From the NCBI GenBank assembly GCA_937903325.1, contig CALCZR010000056.1, forward strand, positions 451 through 64,450: DNA of 64,000 nucleotides, given 5' to 3'. Shown one piece after another: positions 55,325-64,000 of the stretch. The notes beneath the pieces were generated by a model. It saw only the letters and a program-made list of their open reading frames with translations. It did no database searches and was not told the origin of the DNA. How positions within the stretch are numbered: position 1 is the stretch's first letter; every line of letters starts with the position of its first letter. Both the position numbers and the translations under genes were made by a program. The DNA comes from an uncultured Candidatus Saccharibacteria bacterium. Lineage in GTDB: Bacteria > Patescibacteriota > Saccharimonadia > Saccharimonadales > AWTP1-31.

Positions 55325-56089
55325 CTAACTAGCTTTACGAATAACTAGGAACGTACTTGGACCAAAGAAAGACTTAGCTAAAGGCTTTTGCATGACTTTC
55401 TCGAGACCAAGCATAACGCCCTTTGGTAGTACTTTTTTGAGACCTGGGCTACGCAAGTTAGAAACAGACAGAATAGACTCAACCTTGAGGCCCTCATGGG
55501 CGAGCTGCTTGATAACCGTACGAGGGTTGTGGTTAACAAAGGCAATCTCGTCTTTGTTCTGATTTTTCTTGGAACGGATGTCCACTGGTTCATCTGGCAG
55601 TTTCTTGCCTTTCAGGAGGTGGCGTACTCGGTTCATAGCGTGCGTGTAGTTAGCAATCTCGAGGACAAAGTAGGCATCGTCGGTCATGACGCGCTTAATC
55701 TCTGAAAACTCTGCTGTTGGATCTGGCAGGTGGTGCATGACACGGATCATGGTAATGAGATCAAGTGACTTGTCCTTGAACTTCAGGTCGTCAGCTTGGG
55801 TGAGGACCATATCAATACCCTTTTGGTCTTTGAGGAAATCTTTACCAATATCTAATTGTTGCTGGCTTGGTTCAGCCAAGGTAACTTGGTCAGCATAGTC
55901 TTTCAGGAACACACAGAGGCGACCATAGCCACCACCAATATCGGCAGCATGCTTGAAGTGCTTACCGCTGAGGAGTCGCTTGAGAGCAATGCGCTCTGAC
56001 TCGTTCTCGTAGTCACGACCGTCCCAATAACGGAGGTAGTTATGACTGGGATCGTTATACTGATCAGATTTCTTAGTAGATTTTGGCAT
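55325..56089 (-). CDS. Class I SAM-dependent methyltransferase
   Basis: Motif I AADIGGGYGRL and motif post-II LDLITMIRVMHHL. Confidence 0.75.
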   Translation of the reverse strand: MPKSTKKSDQYNDPSHNYLRYWDGRDYENESERIALKRLLSGKHFKHAADIGGGYGRLCVFLKDYADQVTLAEPSQQQLDIGKDFLKDQKGIDMVLTQADDLKFKDKSLDLITMIRVMHHLPDPTAEFSEIKRVMTDDAYFVLEIANYTHAMNRVRHLLKGKKLPDEPVDIRSKKNQNKDEIAFVNHNPRTVIKQLAHEGLKVESILSVSNLRSPGLKKVLPKGVMLGLEKVMQKPLAKSFFGPSTFLVIRKAS

Positions 56090-56142
56090 TAGATTGTTCC
56101 TTAATTTTGTTTCCTTAGTACTAGTTTCAATGCAGCAGTATA

Positions 56143-57396
56143 CTACAATTCTACGACCGCTTGACTGTTTTTGCCACGACGAAGCACCAGATGACCGTTA
56201 ATGGCATCTGAGGCCTTGAGCTCGGTCATGCTAGGATCAACCTGAACACCGTTGACGTAAATAGCCTTACTCTCGATAAAGCGACGAGCCTCACCCTTAG
56301 AAGAAGCGAGCTTAGCCTCGACAAGTGTGTCGATCAGGTTCGCAGGCGCCTTGGCTTGTATGACTGGCAGCTCTTGTTTAAGTATTGTGAAATCTGCTGC
56401 AGTCAGCTTGTCGTATGACACCCCACCAAATAGTACCTTACTTACTCTGGTAACGCTCTCGGCAGTTTCTTTGCCATGTACCATAGCCGTTACTTCGTAA
56501 GCCAGCGTCTTCTGAGCTAAACGAATATTTCGTTCTTCATTAAAGCGCTTCATAATGTCATCTACTTGGTCTTTAGTAAGTTCTGTGAATACCTTCAAGT
56601 AGTCTTCGACTCCTTCGTCGTCTGAATTGAGCCAGAACTGGTAGAACTGGTACGGGCTGGTCAGGCTTGCGTCGAGCCAGACAGCTCCCGCTTCGCTTTT
56701 CCCGAACTTCTTGCCCGTAGCCTTATTAATAATGAGTGGTGTACTCCAGACGTGGGCTTCTTTGCCAGTAAGGCGACGGATAAGGTCGACACCAGCAATG
56801 CTGTTACCCCATTGGTCGGAGCCACACAGTTGTAGGCTCGCGTTCTTGGACTTGGAGAGGTGCACAAAATCGTAGGCTTGGATGAGCACGTAGCTAAACT
56901 CGGCGTAACTAATACCAGAACCATCTTCACTGAGCCGTGATTGTACAAAGTCACGGCCGAGCATTTGACGCATAGGGACGTGCTTGCCGACATCACGGAG
57001 GAATTCTAGGTAGCCCAGGTCTTTGAACCAATCGTAGTTGTCGACAACTTCAAACTTGAGATCCCCAAAGATGGTTTGGTACTGGGCGACGATACCTGCT
57101 TTATTCTTGGCAATTTCCTCTAACGACTTGAGATTACGTTCGTCAGCTTTCCCGTCTGGATCCCCAATAAGACCTGTGGCGCCTCCGATTAAAATAATGG
57201 CTTTATGACCATGCTTAATAAAGCTCCGCACCATCATGGCAGCGGCTAAGTTGCCGACCTGCATAGAAGAAGCACTGGGGTCTACGCCGAAATAAAACGT
57301 CAAAGGTGGACCGTCTAACTGTTTGACATCTTTGAACGTGGTTTGATTAACGAAGCCTCGCCAGGCGAGCTCTTCGCTGAGAGTCATTTGTTTCAT
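56143..57396 (-). CDS. tyrS: Tyrosine--tRNA ligase
   Basis: Class I synthetase with a KFGKS (KMSKS-type) motif and a C-terminal S4-like domain. 417 aa. Confidence 0.93.
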   Translation of the reverse strand: MKQMTLSEELAWRGFVNQTTFKDVKQLDGPPLTFYFGVDPSASSMQVGNLAAAMMVRSFIKHGHKAIILIGGATGLIGDPDGKADERNLKSLEEIAKNKAGIVAQYQTIFGDLKFEVVDNYDWFKDLGYLEFLRDVGKHVPMRQMLGRDFVQSRLSEDGSGISYAEFSYVLIQAYDFVHLSKSKNASLQLCGSDQWGNSIAGVDLIRRLTGKEAHVWSTPLIINKATGKKFGKSEAGAVWLDASLTSPYQFYQFWLNSDDEGVEDYLKVFTELTKDQVDDIMKRFNEERNIRLAQKTLAYEVTAMVHGKETAESVTRVSKVLFGGVSYDKLTAADFTILKQELPVIQAKAPANLIDTLVEAKLASSKGEARRFIESKAIYVNGVQVDPSMTELKASDAINGHLVLRRGKNSQAVVEL

Positions 57397-57432
57397 AGCC
57401 TCAAGTATACCGTACAGCGGATACGCTTTGCT

Positions 57433-57891
57433 ATGATTAGACCTATGACTAAAAACGATTTCCCACTCACCGACAAAGAATTCAAAGATATTTATGCCAA
57501 AGTTCCTCGACTGACCGTTGAGATTCTACTCAAGAATGAGGCAAAAGAAGTATTTCTGACTAAGCGTTCCATTGAGCCATGCAAAGGTCAGTGGCACCTG
57601 CCCGGTGGTACGGTTTGGTTTGGTGAAGCACTGACTGACTCAGTTAAACGTATTGCTAGCCGTGAACTGGGCATAACGATAACCGAACTTCATTCTGTCG
57701 GCTTTGTTGAATACCCAAGCCATTACCAGAACGGCCTTGATTCACCGTTTGGTGTGGTGTTTGAGATAACCAAATATGATGGTCAAGTTACCGTCAACGA
57801 TGAAGCAGAAGCTTCAGAATGGTTTAGTGAGTTACCTGAAAACACACACTTAGACCAGAGTGACTTTCTGGTTGCCAATAAGCATCTATAA
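57433..57891 (+). CDS. Nudix hydrolase
   Basis: Start trimmed to ATG 57433 (alternative 57445) to avoid overlap with tyrS. Nudix box GGTVWFGEALTDSVKRIASRELGI. Confidence 0.7.
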   Translation: MIRPMTKNDFPLTDKEFKDIYAKVPRLTVEILLKNEAKEVFLTKRSIEPCKGQWHLPGGTVWFGEALTDSVKRIASRELGITITELHSVGFVEYPSHYQNGLDSPFGVVFEITKYDGQVTVNDEAEASEWFSELPENTHLDQSDFLVANKHL

Positions 57892-57979
57892 GTAAACTGC
57901 TAAATAGTTATGTTTTTCAGGTTGCTTTGACGCTTTTTTGCTATACTAATGTCTATACAAAGGAGCCCGGAACAACGCT

Positions 57980-60973
57980 ATGCAGAATCCAACAAGTGGA
58001 GGGGGTCGACGATCTCCCCGCGTCGGCAAAAATCAACATGTTACCAAAAGTGGTAAGACTATCAAGATTAACCGTAGTCTTGGTGAGCGGGTTTCAGCTC
58101 GCAAGAGTGCTAAGGCTAATCGTAAAGCGGAACGCCTGGCGACCCTACCTAAAGGCCGGCTAAAGCGCTTCTTGTACCACTTTGAACCAAAGCGCATGTA
58201 TAAGTACTGGTTTAGTCGTGATGGTGGCATTATGGCCCTCAAGATTACTGGCGTTGGGCTTATTGCTGGCTTTTTACTTCTTGTTGGACTGTTCGCCTAT
58301 TTCCGCAAAGACCTTCCGAACCTCCGTGATATCTCCGGTAACAACTTCGGTGGAAGTGTCCGTTATTATGACCGGACTGGCAAGACTTTGCTTTGGGAAG
58401 ACTATGATGCTGTAAAGCGTATTCCCGTAGAAGATAAGGCCATTAACAAGTATATGAAGGATGCTACCGTAGCTATTGAGGATAAAGACTTCTTCCATCA
58501 CGGCGGCTTTGATGTGCGCGGTATCATGCGTGCCGGTTTTAATAACATTACTGGCGGCTCGAGCCAACAGGGTGGATCAACCATTACCCAGCAGTTAGTT
58601 AAGTTGACCCAGAACTGGACCAAGGACCGTAGTTACACTCGGAAAGCCAAAGAGCTTATTCTATCCGTCGAGCTTGAACGTAGTTACTCTAAGCAAGAAA
58701 TTCTCGCTGGCTATCTGAACACTGCTCCATATGGAAATGTGCAGTACGGCGTTGAAGCTGCTACTCGAGATTACTTCCAGAAGGATGCTAAGGATTTGAC
58801 GCTCGACGAAGCAACCTTCCTGGCTGCTATCCCGCAATCACCATCTTTCTACTCACCATATGGTGCCTACTACAAAGCTAACCAGCAAGAATCACGTGAG
58901 GCGCTTGTTGGACGTCAGCATTATATTCTCAACCTCATGGTTGAACAGGGCATGATCACCTCTAAGCAGCGCGACGAAGCTAAGAAAGTAGATACTCTTG
59001 CAAAGGTCAAGGAGCCGCAGGCTAAGTATGCTGGAATAAAGGCCCCATGGTTCGTGTTAGCTGCCAAGAAGCAGCTCGAAGAGCAGCGTGGTGTTGATTC
59101 AGTTAAGGTTGGTGGCTGGAGCGTTGTTACAACCCTTGATCTTGATAAACAGTCTATTGCAGAAGACCAAGTAGCTAAGGGTATGGCCCAAGTGCGCCGC
59201 CAAGGTGGTAACGTAGCAGCTTTCGCCGCAGAAGATGTCACGACCGGACAAATGGTGGCCCTCGTCGGCGGTGTCGACTTTACTGATGCGGAGCATGGCC
59301 AATACAACTACGCCACCAGTCCGCTACCTCCGGGCTCAAGCTTCAAGCCGTATGACTATACCGCCATGATCGATAACAGTACTAATGCTGGCGCTGGTAG
59401 TGTCTTGTATGACACGCAAGGTGTTATAGACGGCTATCCATGTACTAATAAAGCAGTGCCAAAACAAGGTGGTAACTGTCTGTGGGACTATGACCTCAAG
59501 TTCCCTGGGCCCGTCACGCTTCGCTATGCGCTTGGTGGTTCCCGTAACGTACCAGCTGTAAAAGCAATGTTGACCGCAGGTGTTGACAAGACTATCCAGG
59601 TGGCTGAGAAGCTCGGGCTGAAGAGTGGCTACAAGTGTTACCTTGACGAAGAGAATACCAAGGAAGGCCCATGTTATGCCTCTTCTGCTATTGGTGACGG
59701 TGCCTACTTGCACCTTGACGAACACGTGCACGCCTATGCCAGTCTGTCACGAAACGGACTTAATTTGCCACAGACTTACATTCTGAAGATTACCAACTCA
59801 TCCAATAAAGTAATCAATGAGTGGAAGCCAAGCAAAGGTACTCAAGCGGTGCGCGCTGAATCGGCTTATATAGTGTCAGACATGATGAGTGATCCAAACG
59901 CCAGCTACTTCCCTGCTGGTCGTAAACCACATCGTTATAAGAACTGGAAGTTCGGTATGAAGACTGGTACCACTAATGACGGTAAAGACGGTTGGATGAT
60001 GGGTATGTCACCACAGTATGCTGCAGGTGTGTGGGTGGGTAACTATGATCGTCGTGAGATGAGTGGCACCATGGAAAACATGACCCAGCCTATCTGGCAG
60101 GGTTGGATGAATGCCGCCCACGATAACATTACAGCGTTCGATCGGGCTAAGCCATCTGGCTTGCAGACGCTACCTGCCTTCGTGGTGCGTAACAATCCCG
60201 GCATTGGTGCCGTTGTGCCAAGCCCCGACAATGACCTCTTTCCATCCTGGTACAAGGGCAATAACAAAAACCTAGCTGGCCAAACTATCGATAAGGTATC
60301 TGGGAAACTAGCAACAGATTGTACACCTGACCGTGCTAAGGAAACCGTCACCGGTGGCTCTGCAAATCAATTCTCAGCTGACAGATTCGTTGGCGGCGGT
60401 AGTAACGCTAATACCAGTGATAAAGATGACGTACACAAGTGTGAGGACTCTAAGCCGTCCATATCCCTCAACATCTCTTCTGCTGGCTCAAGCTACAACT
60501 TGTCGGTAGATATATCCCAAGGTACTCACCCGCTCTCTAGCGACAAGTTCAAGGGTACCGTTAACTACAAGGTAGACGGACAGATTGTTCGTTCGTTCGA
60601 GGTAGATAACCCTGGTTCAGGTCTTGCAAGCTTTAGTTACACCCCAGACTTCACTGGCAGTAAGCCAATCTCTGCTGAGATAGTGGACAGTGCACTGTAT
60701 GACGCATCAAGTGAAACGGGTACAGTTACGGCTAACGAGAGTGCTTTTACGGTGCTGGCATCGAGCGCTGGCGGTAGCAGTTACACCTTCGCATGGTCAG
60801 CTGGCGGAACGGGCACCATTACGGTCTACCGCTCCAATGGAGTAAGTATTTGTAACGGTTCAGCGTCAGGAAGCGGCTGTACCAGCGGCTCTGGCACCTA
60901 CAATGTATCTAACCTGTCCGGTGCATATGCCAAAGACAGCTCAGGTAAGCAGGTTACTGTTTCTGGACCATAG
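57980..60973 (+). CDS. Class A penicillin-binding protein (glycosyltransferase plus transpeptidase) with long N- and C-terminal extensions
   Basis: GT51 motif EDKDFFHHGGFD...GGSTITQQ. Transpeptidase motifs SSFKPY, SRN and KTGTT. About 90-aa basic cytoplasmic N-terminus followed by a TM helix. About 230-aa Ser/Gly-rich C-terminal region. Confidence 0.9.
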   Translation: MQNPTSGGGRRSPRVGKNQHVTKSGKTIKINRSLGERVSARKSAKANRKAERLATLPKGRLKRFLYHFEPKRMYKYWFSRDGGIMALKITGVGLIAGFLLLVGLFAYFRKDLPNLRDISGNNFGGSVRYYDRTGKTLLWEDYDAVKRIPVEDKAINKYMKDATVAIEDKDFFHHGGFDVRGIMRAGFNNITGGSSQQGGSTITQQLVKLTQNWTKDRSYTRKAKELILSVELERSYSKQEILAGYLNTAPYGNVQYGVEAATRDYFQKDAKDLTLDEATFLAAIPQSPSFYSPYGAYYKANQQESREALVGRQHYILNLMVEQGMITSKQRDEAKKVDTLAKVKEPQAKYAGIKAPWFVLAAKKQLEEQRGVDSVKVGGWSVVTTLDLDKQSIAEDQVAKGMAQVRRQGGNVAAFAAEDVTTGQMVALVGGVDFTDAEHGQYNYATSPLPPGSSFKPYDYTAMIDNSTNAGAGSVLYDTQGVIDGYPCTNKAVPKQGGNCLWDYDLKFPGPVTLRYALGGSRNVPAVKAMLTAGVDKTIQVAEKLGLKSGYKCYLDEENTKEGPCYASSAIGDGAYLHLDEHVHAYASLSRNGLNLPQTYILKITNSSNKVINEWKPSKGTQAVRAESAYIVSDMMSDPNASYFPAGRKPHRYKNWKFGMKTGTTNDGKDGWMMGMSPQYAAGVWVGNYDRREMSGTMENMTQPIWQGWMNAAHDNITAFDRAKPSGLQTLPAFVVRNNPGIGAVVPSPDNDLFPSWYKGNNKNLAGQTIDKVSGKLATDCTPDRAKETVTGGSANQFSADRFVGGGSNANTSDKDDVHKCEDSKPSISLNISSAGSSYNLSVDISQGTHPLSSDKFKGTVNYKVDGQIVRSFEVDNPGSGLASFSYTPDFTGSKPISAEIVDSALYDASSETGTVTANESAFTVLASSAGGSSYTFAWSAGGTGTITVYRSNGVSICNGSASGSGCTSGSGTYNVSNLSGAYAKDSSGKQVTVSGP

Positions 60974-61014
60974 CCAGATAGGCCGCATGAAACAAATAAA
61001 ACTTGCCTATACAG

Positions 61015-61034
61015 ACTAGCCCGAAAGGGCTAGT
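61015..61034. terminator. Hairpin between the convergent PBP and radA genes
   Basis: actagccc-gaaa-gggctagt, abutting the radA stop. The T run is weak. Confidence 0.4.
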
Positions 61035-62381
61035 TTAACTTTCTAGGAACTGGTTCAGTGCTGAACGAATATCACTAATGCTCCTCAGCCCTGTCGGAGC
61101 TTTTCCACTTCGGATTACAGGACCAATGGCTCCATCGAAGCCAAGCTTCTTCGCCTCCTGTACTCGCTTATCTATAAAGGGAACGTGACGTATCTCGCCA
61201 CTGAGGCCTAATTCGCCAAAGACCACGGCATTCTGTTTGAGCTGCATGCCTTTACTAGCGCTGGCAATAGCCATGGCTACAGCCAGGTCCGCCGCGGGTT
61301 CAGATATCTTAATACCACCAACAATGTTTACATATATATCTTGGTCAGCCAGGTTTAACTTAGTACGACGTTCTAGCATAGCAACAAGCAAGTTCACACG
61401 GTTAAGGTCGATACCGCTTGCTGCTCGTTTAGGGTATCCGTAGCTTGTCTTATTAACCAATGCCTGTACTTCTACAAGTAACGGTCGACTCCCTTCCATG
61501 GTAGCTAGTACAACTGAGCCGTCACTGACCTGCCGTTCTGCGAGTAGTGCAGCCGACGGGTTATCTACTGGCTGGAGCCCCGTATCGAGCATCTCAAATA
61601 TACCGGCTTCATTCGTAGAGCCATACCGGTTCTTTATGCCGCGTAGTAGCTTAAAGCCGCCGTAGCGGTCACCTTCTAGCTGCATGACAACGTCTACAAC
61701 GTGTTCGAGCACCTTAGGGCCGGCAATGGACCCCTCTTTAGTCACGTGCCCTACAAGTACTAACGCAGTATTAGTCTGCTTAGCTACGACACTAAGTAGA
61801 TGTGTGCTATTGGTAATCTGGCTGACGCTACCGGGAGCAGAGCTAACATCTTTAGCCGTGACCGTCTGAATAGAGTCCACAATGACTAGTCTGAAATCGC
61901 CTTTAGCAATGGTAGCCGCAATGTCATCAGTGCTTGAGCTGGCTGCAAGCTGCAACTTGGAGCTTTTAGCATTGAGGCGTTCGGCACGCATAGCAACCTG
62001 GTGCATTGATTCCTCACCGCTGACATACAGAATAGGGTGAGTTTTACCAAGAGCACTAGCAAGCTGTAACAGCAAGGTACTTTTACCAATACCGGGCTGG
62101 CCAGCGATGAGTGTAACGCTTCCCGCTACAAATCCACCACCGAGGACGTCATCTACTTCACTCATGCCGGTAGATAACCTAGGCTCTTTGCTTGACTTGG
62201 TAATTTTCTGAATACTGGCTGGGGCAAGAGCAGTTCCGGACTGCGTGGCTGCGCTTACAGAATCAACAAGGAGCTGTTCCTGTAGGGTGTTCCATTCACC
62301 GCAACTGTGGCAACGTCCAGTCCAGGTAGAGGCGATTGCTCCACAGTTACTGCATTCATACCGGACATTCTTTTTAGCCAT
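61035..62381 (-). CDS. radA: DNA repair protein RadA/Sms
   Basis: Zinc finger CSNCG...CHSCGEW, Walker A GQPGIGKST, KNRYG motif and a Lon-like C-terminal domain. Confidence 0.95.
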   Translation of the reverse strand: MAKKNVRYECSNCGAIASTWTGRCHSCGEWNTLQEQLLVDSVSAATQSGTALAPASIQKITKSSKEPRLSTGMSEVDDVLGGGFVAGSVTLIAGQPGIGKSTLLLQLASALGKTHPILYVSGEESMHQVAMRAERLNAKSSKLQLAASSSTDDIAATIAKGDFRLVIVDSIQTVTAKDVSSAPGSVSQITNSTHLLSVVAKQTNTALVLVGHVTKEGSIAGPKVLEHVVDVVMQLEGDRYGGFKLLRGIKNRYGSTNEAGIFEMLDTGLQPVDNPSAALLAERQVSDGSVVLATMEGSRPLLVEVQALVNKTSYGYPKRAASGIDLNRVNLLVAMLERRTKLNLADQDIYVNIVGGIKISEPAADLAVAMAIASASKGMQLKQNAVVFGELGLSGEIRHVPFIDKRVQEAKKLGFDGAIGPVIRSGKAPTGLRSISDIRSALNQFLES

Positions 62382-62435
62382 CTAGTGAAACTCCCTCTCG
62401 TGTGTATCTATTCTACCAGACCAAGCAGGTGATGC

Positions 62436-63416
62436 TTACTGAACTGTGTCAGTCGTTGTCTGGATGCGACTATCCAATGCTTTATTGAGTTCTTGTGCTT
62501 CCACGGCTACGGCATTACGTTCGTCAAGGATAGCCTTGTACTGGTCAACGAGGGTTTGGGTCTGTCCCTGCAGAACCCTAAATGGTTGTAGGCTCTGATT
62601 GTATGCATCTACGCCCGCGTTGTACTCAGCGATCTGGTTCTGTTGCCGCAGAGTGGTAAGCCGTGCAGCCTCGGCATCTATAGCGACTTTCTGGGCCTTG
62701 AGAGTTTCGTTATTGGCAGTCACCTGCTTCTCAATTTCTTCGAGTTGTTTATCGAGTTCTGCCACTCTATTCTTACGACTCGTAAACTCAGCTTGGTATT
62801 GTGCTGCTAGCTTGACGACGGTTGCTCGATTTTCAAAATACTGTTTGTAGTAGGTTTCAAGTTCTGGCGGCAAGTTAGCAACTTCGGTCCCTAGGATTGA
62901 GTGCAGCTCATTAGTGATGTCTGCCCCACTCTGCTTATACAGGTCGATCTTATCCTGTATTCCCTTGTCGTTTAGTGATGCATACGTGTCGTTTAGGAGC
63001 TTGGTAACACGGCGCTGCTGAGTAAAGTCAAGACGACCATATGCAGCATGCAGCATCTCATGGGCGGCAGTTACTTCTTCGACACCTGCCAGTCGCTGGT
63101 CATCTACTTTGAGTAGATATATACCGCGGCCTGGTTTGTAGCAGCCGAGGACTATGGTGGTTTCCCCTTCTTCGCAGCTGACATAGAACGCTGTTTTCTC
63201 TTGGACGGCTGGTTTGCTGACGTAGAAGATTCGGCGACCCTTGTCTGTCATCTCGGCATTGGTGGCCAGTGACGTTATGGTCACAGATGGTCGGTAGTCA
63301 CGTAGTTGCCACCAATCTTGGATGTTCTGACGTTGCCAGAAACCAATGCTGACAGCGGCGATGACGGAAACGTAAAACAGAACTCTGGAAAGCCGCAATC
63401 GTTTCTTTGGTTGCAT
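62436..63416 (-). CDS. Membrane-anchored HExxH protein with a long C-terminal coiled coil
   Basis: N-terminal TM helix VLFYVSVIAAVSIGFW. TAAHEMLHAAYG (HExxH). About 130 aa of heptad-like Q/E/A/L-rich sequence at the C-terminus. Confidence 0.55.
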   Translation of the reverse strand: MQPKKRLRLSRVLFYVSVIAAVSIGFWQRQNIQDWWQLRDYRPSVTITSLATNAEMTDKGRRIFYVSKPAVQEKTAFYVSCEEGETTIVLGCYKPGRGIYLLKVDDQRLAGVEEVTAAHEMLHAAYGRLDFTQQRRVTKLLNDTYASLNDKGIQDKIDLYKQSGADITNELHSILGTEVANLPPELETYYKQYFENRATVVKLAAQYQAEFTSRKNRVAELDKQLEEIEKQVTANNETLKAQKVAIDAEAARLTTLRQQNQIAEYNAGVDAYNQSLQPFRVLQGQTQTLVDQYKAILDERNAVAVEAQELNKALDSRIQTTTDTVQ

Positions 63417-63476
63417 ACTGCTAGTATAAGCGGTAATGCATAGTTGTAGCTAGTCTTAGTGACGTGTGACTACTGT

Positions 63477-64000
63477 CTACTCTTGGGCGGTAGTGTAGGC
63501 AAGTTCACTGTCTTTGACATCTACCTTGACGATATCTCCCTTGAGATACTCATCTTTGAGTAGTCCTTCGGCGATATTATCTTCGATAGTATCTTGGATA
63601 AGTCTTCGCATGGGACGCACGCCGTTGTGGGCATCATAGCCTTCTTTAAGCATGTGCTTCTTGGCTTTCAAGGTCGGTTCGATACCAAGTCCATGTTTAA
63701 CCAGACGATCAGATAATTCATTAAGCTGGAGGTCTAGAATTTTGAGGGCGTCAGCTTGGGTAAGTGCTCGGAAAACGATAACCTTGTCGATACGGTTGAG
63801 TAGTTCTGGGCGCATGAGTTTCTTGAGTTCGTCTTGCACCTTGTCCTTATTCCTGGCATGTAGGCTGTCGAGATCTTTCTGATCTTGCTTATCTGTAGCC
63901 TGGAACCCGAGAGATGCTTCTTTCTGGAGTTTATCTGCACCAACGTTGCTGGTCATGATAATGATCGTATTAGTGAAGTCTATCTTCCGGCCCTTGGCGT
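63477..64000 (-). CDS. Clp/Hsp100 AAA+ ATPase (ClpC/ClpB family), C-terminal part; the gene continues beyond the window
   Basis: The reading frame is open to nt 64000. AKGRKIDFTNTIIIMTSNVG, PELLNRIDKVIVFRAL and GVRPMRRLIQ are D2-domain signatures. Confidence 0.85.
   Translation of the reverse strand, partial: AKGRKIDFTNTIIIMTSNVGADKLQKEASLGFQATDKQDQKDLDSLHARNKDKVQDELKKLMRPELLNRIDKVIVFRALTQADALKILDLQLNELSDRLVKHGLGIEPTLKAKKHMLKEGYDAHNGVRPMRRLIQDTIEDNIAEGLLKDEYLKGDIVKVDVKDSELAYTTAQE

Overview
This is a gene-dense window of about 64 kb (roughly 90% coding), almost entirely minus-strand, from a small-genome bacterium. The core, from about 11.2 to 44.1 kb, is the ribosomal and transcription super-cluster: rpoB-rpoC, str (rpsL-rpsG-fusA-tuf), rpsJ, the S10 and spc blocks (rplC to rplO), secY, infA-rpmJ, the alpha block (rpsM-rpsK-rpsD-rpoA-rplQ) and rplM-rpsI. 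Flanking it are housekeeping genes: rpmG, holB, an RluA-family synthase, trpS, clpP, tig, hisS, rsmD, recG, tyrS, a class A PBP, radA and a partial Clp ATPase. There are four tRNAs (Thr-GGT, Tyr-GTA, Thr-TGT, Leu-TAG), all with encoded CCA. I saw no rRNA, CRISPR array, transposase or integrase. L30 is absent between rpsE and rplO, and adk/map are absent after secY. L33, L36 and S14 are all cysteine-free forms, and many r-proteins carry Lys/Ala-rich tails. Together with the Gram-positive-type features, this fits a CPR/Patescibacteria (Saccharibacteria-like) genome, but that is inference only. The most unusual property is that nearly every junction of the normally contiguous super-operon is interrupted by lineage-specific orphan ORFs, each set off by its own terminators and promoters. 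One orphan, between rpsJ and rplC, carries the complete catalytic residue signature of OspF/SpvC-type phosphothreonine lyases. Another, next to hisS, looks like a minimal protein kinase (AIK, D-x4-N, DFG). Other points of interest are a Thr/Pro-rich protein with a sortase-like C-terminal sorting signal but no signal peptide, an orphan PurM-like gene between rplO and secY, a terminator/antiterminator leader with a His-containing mini-ORF upstream of hisS, and a decayed Y-family polymerase remnant. All functional calls come from reading the translations and from motif memory. No searches were run.
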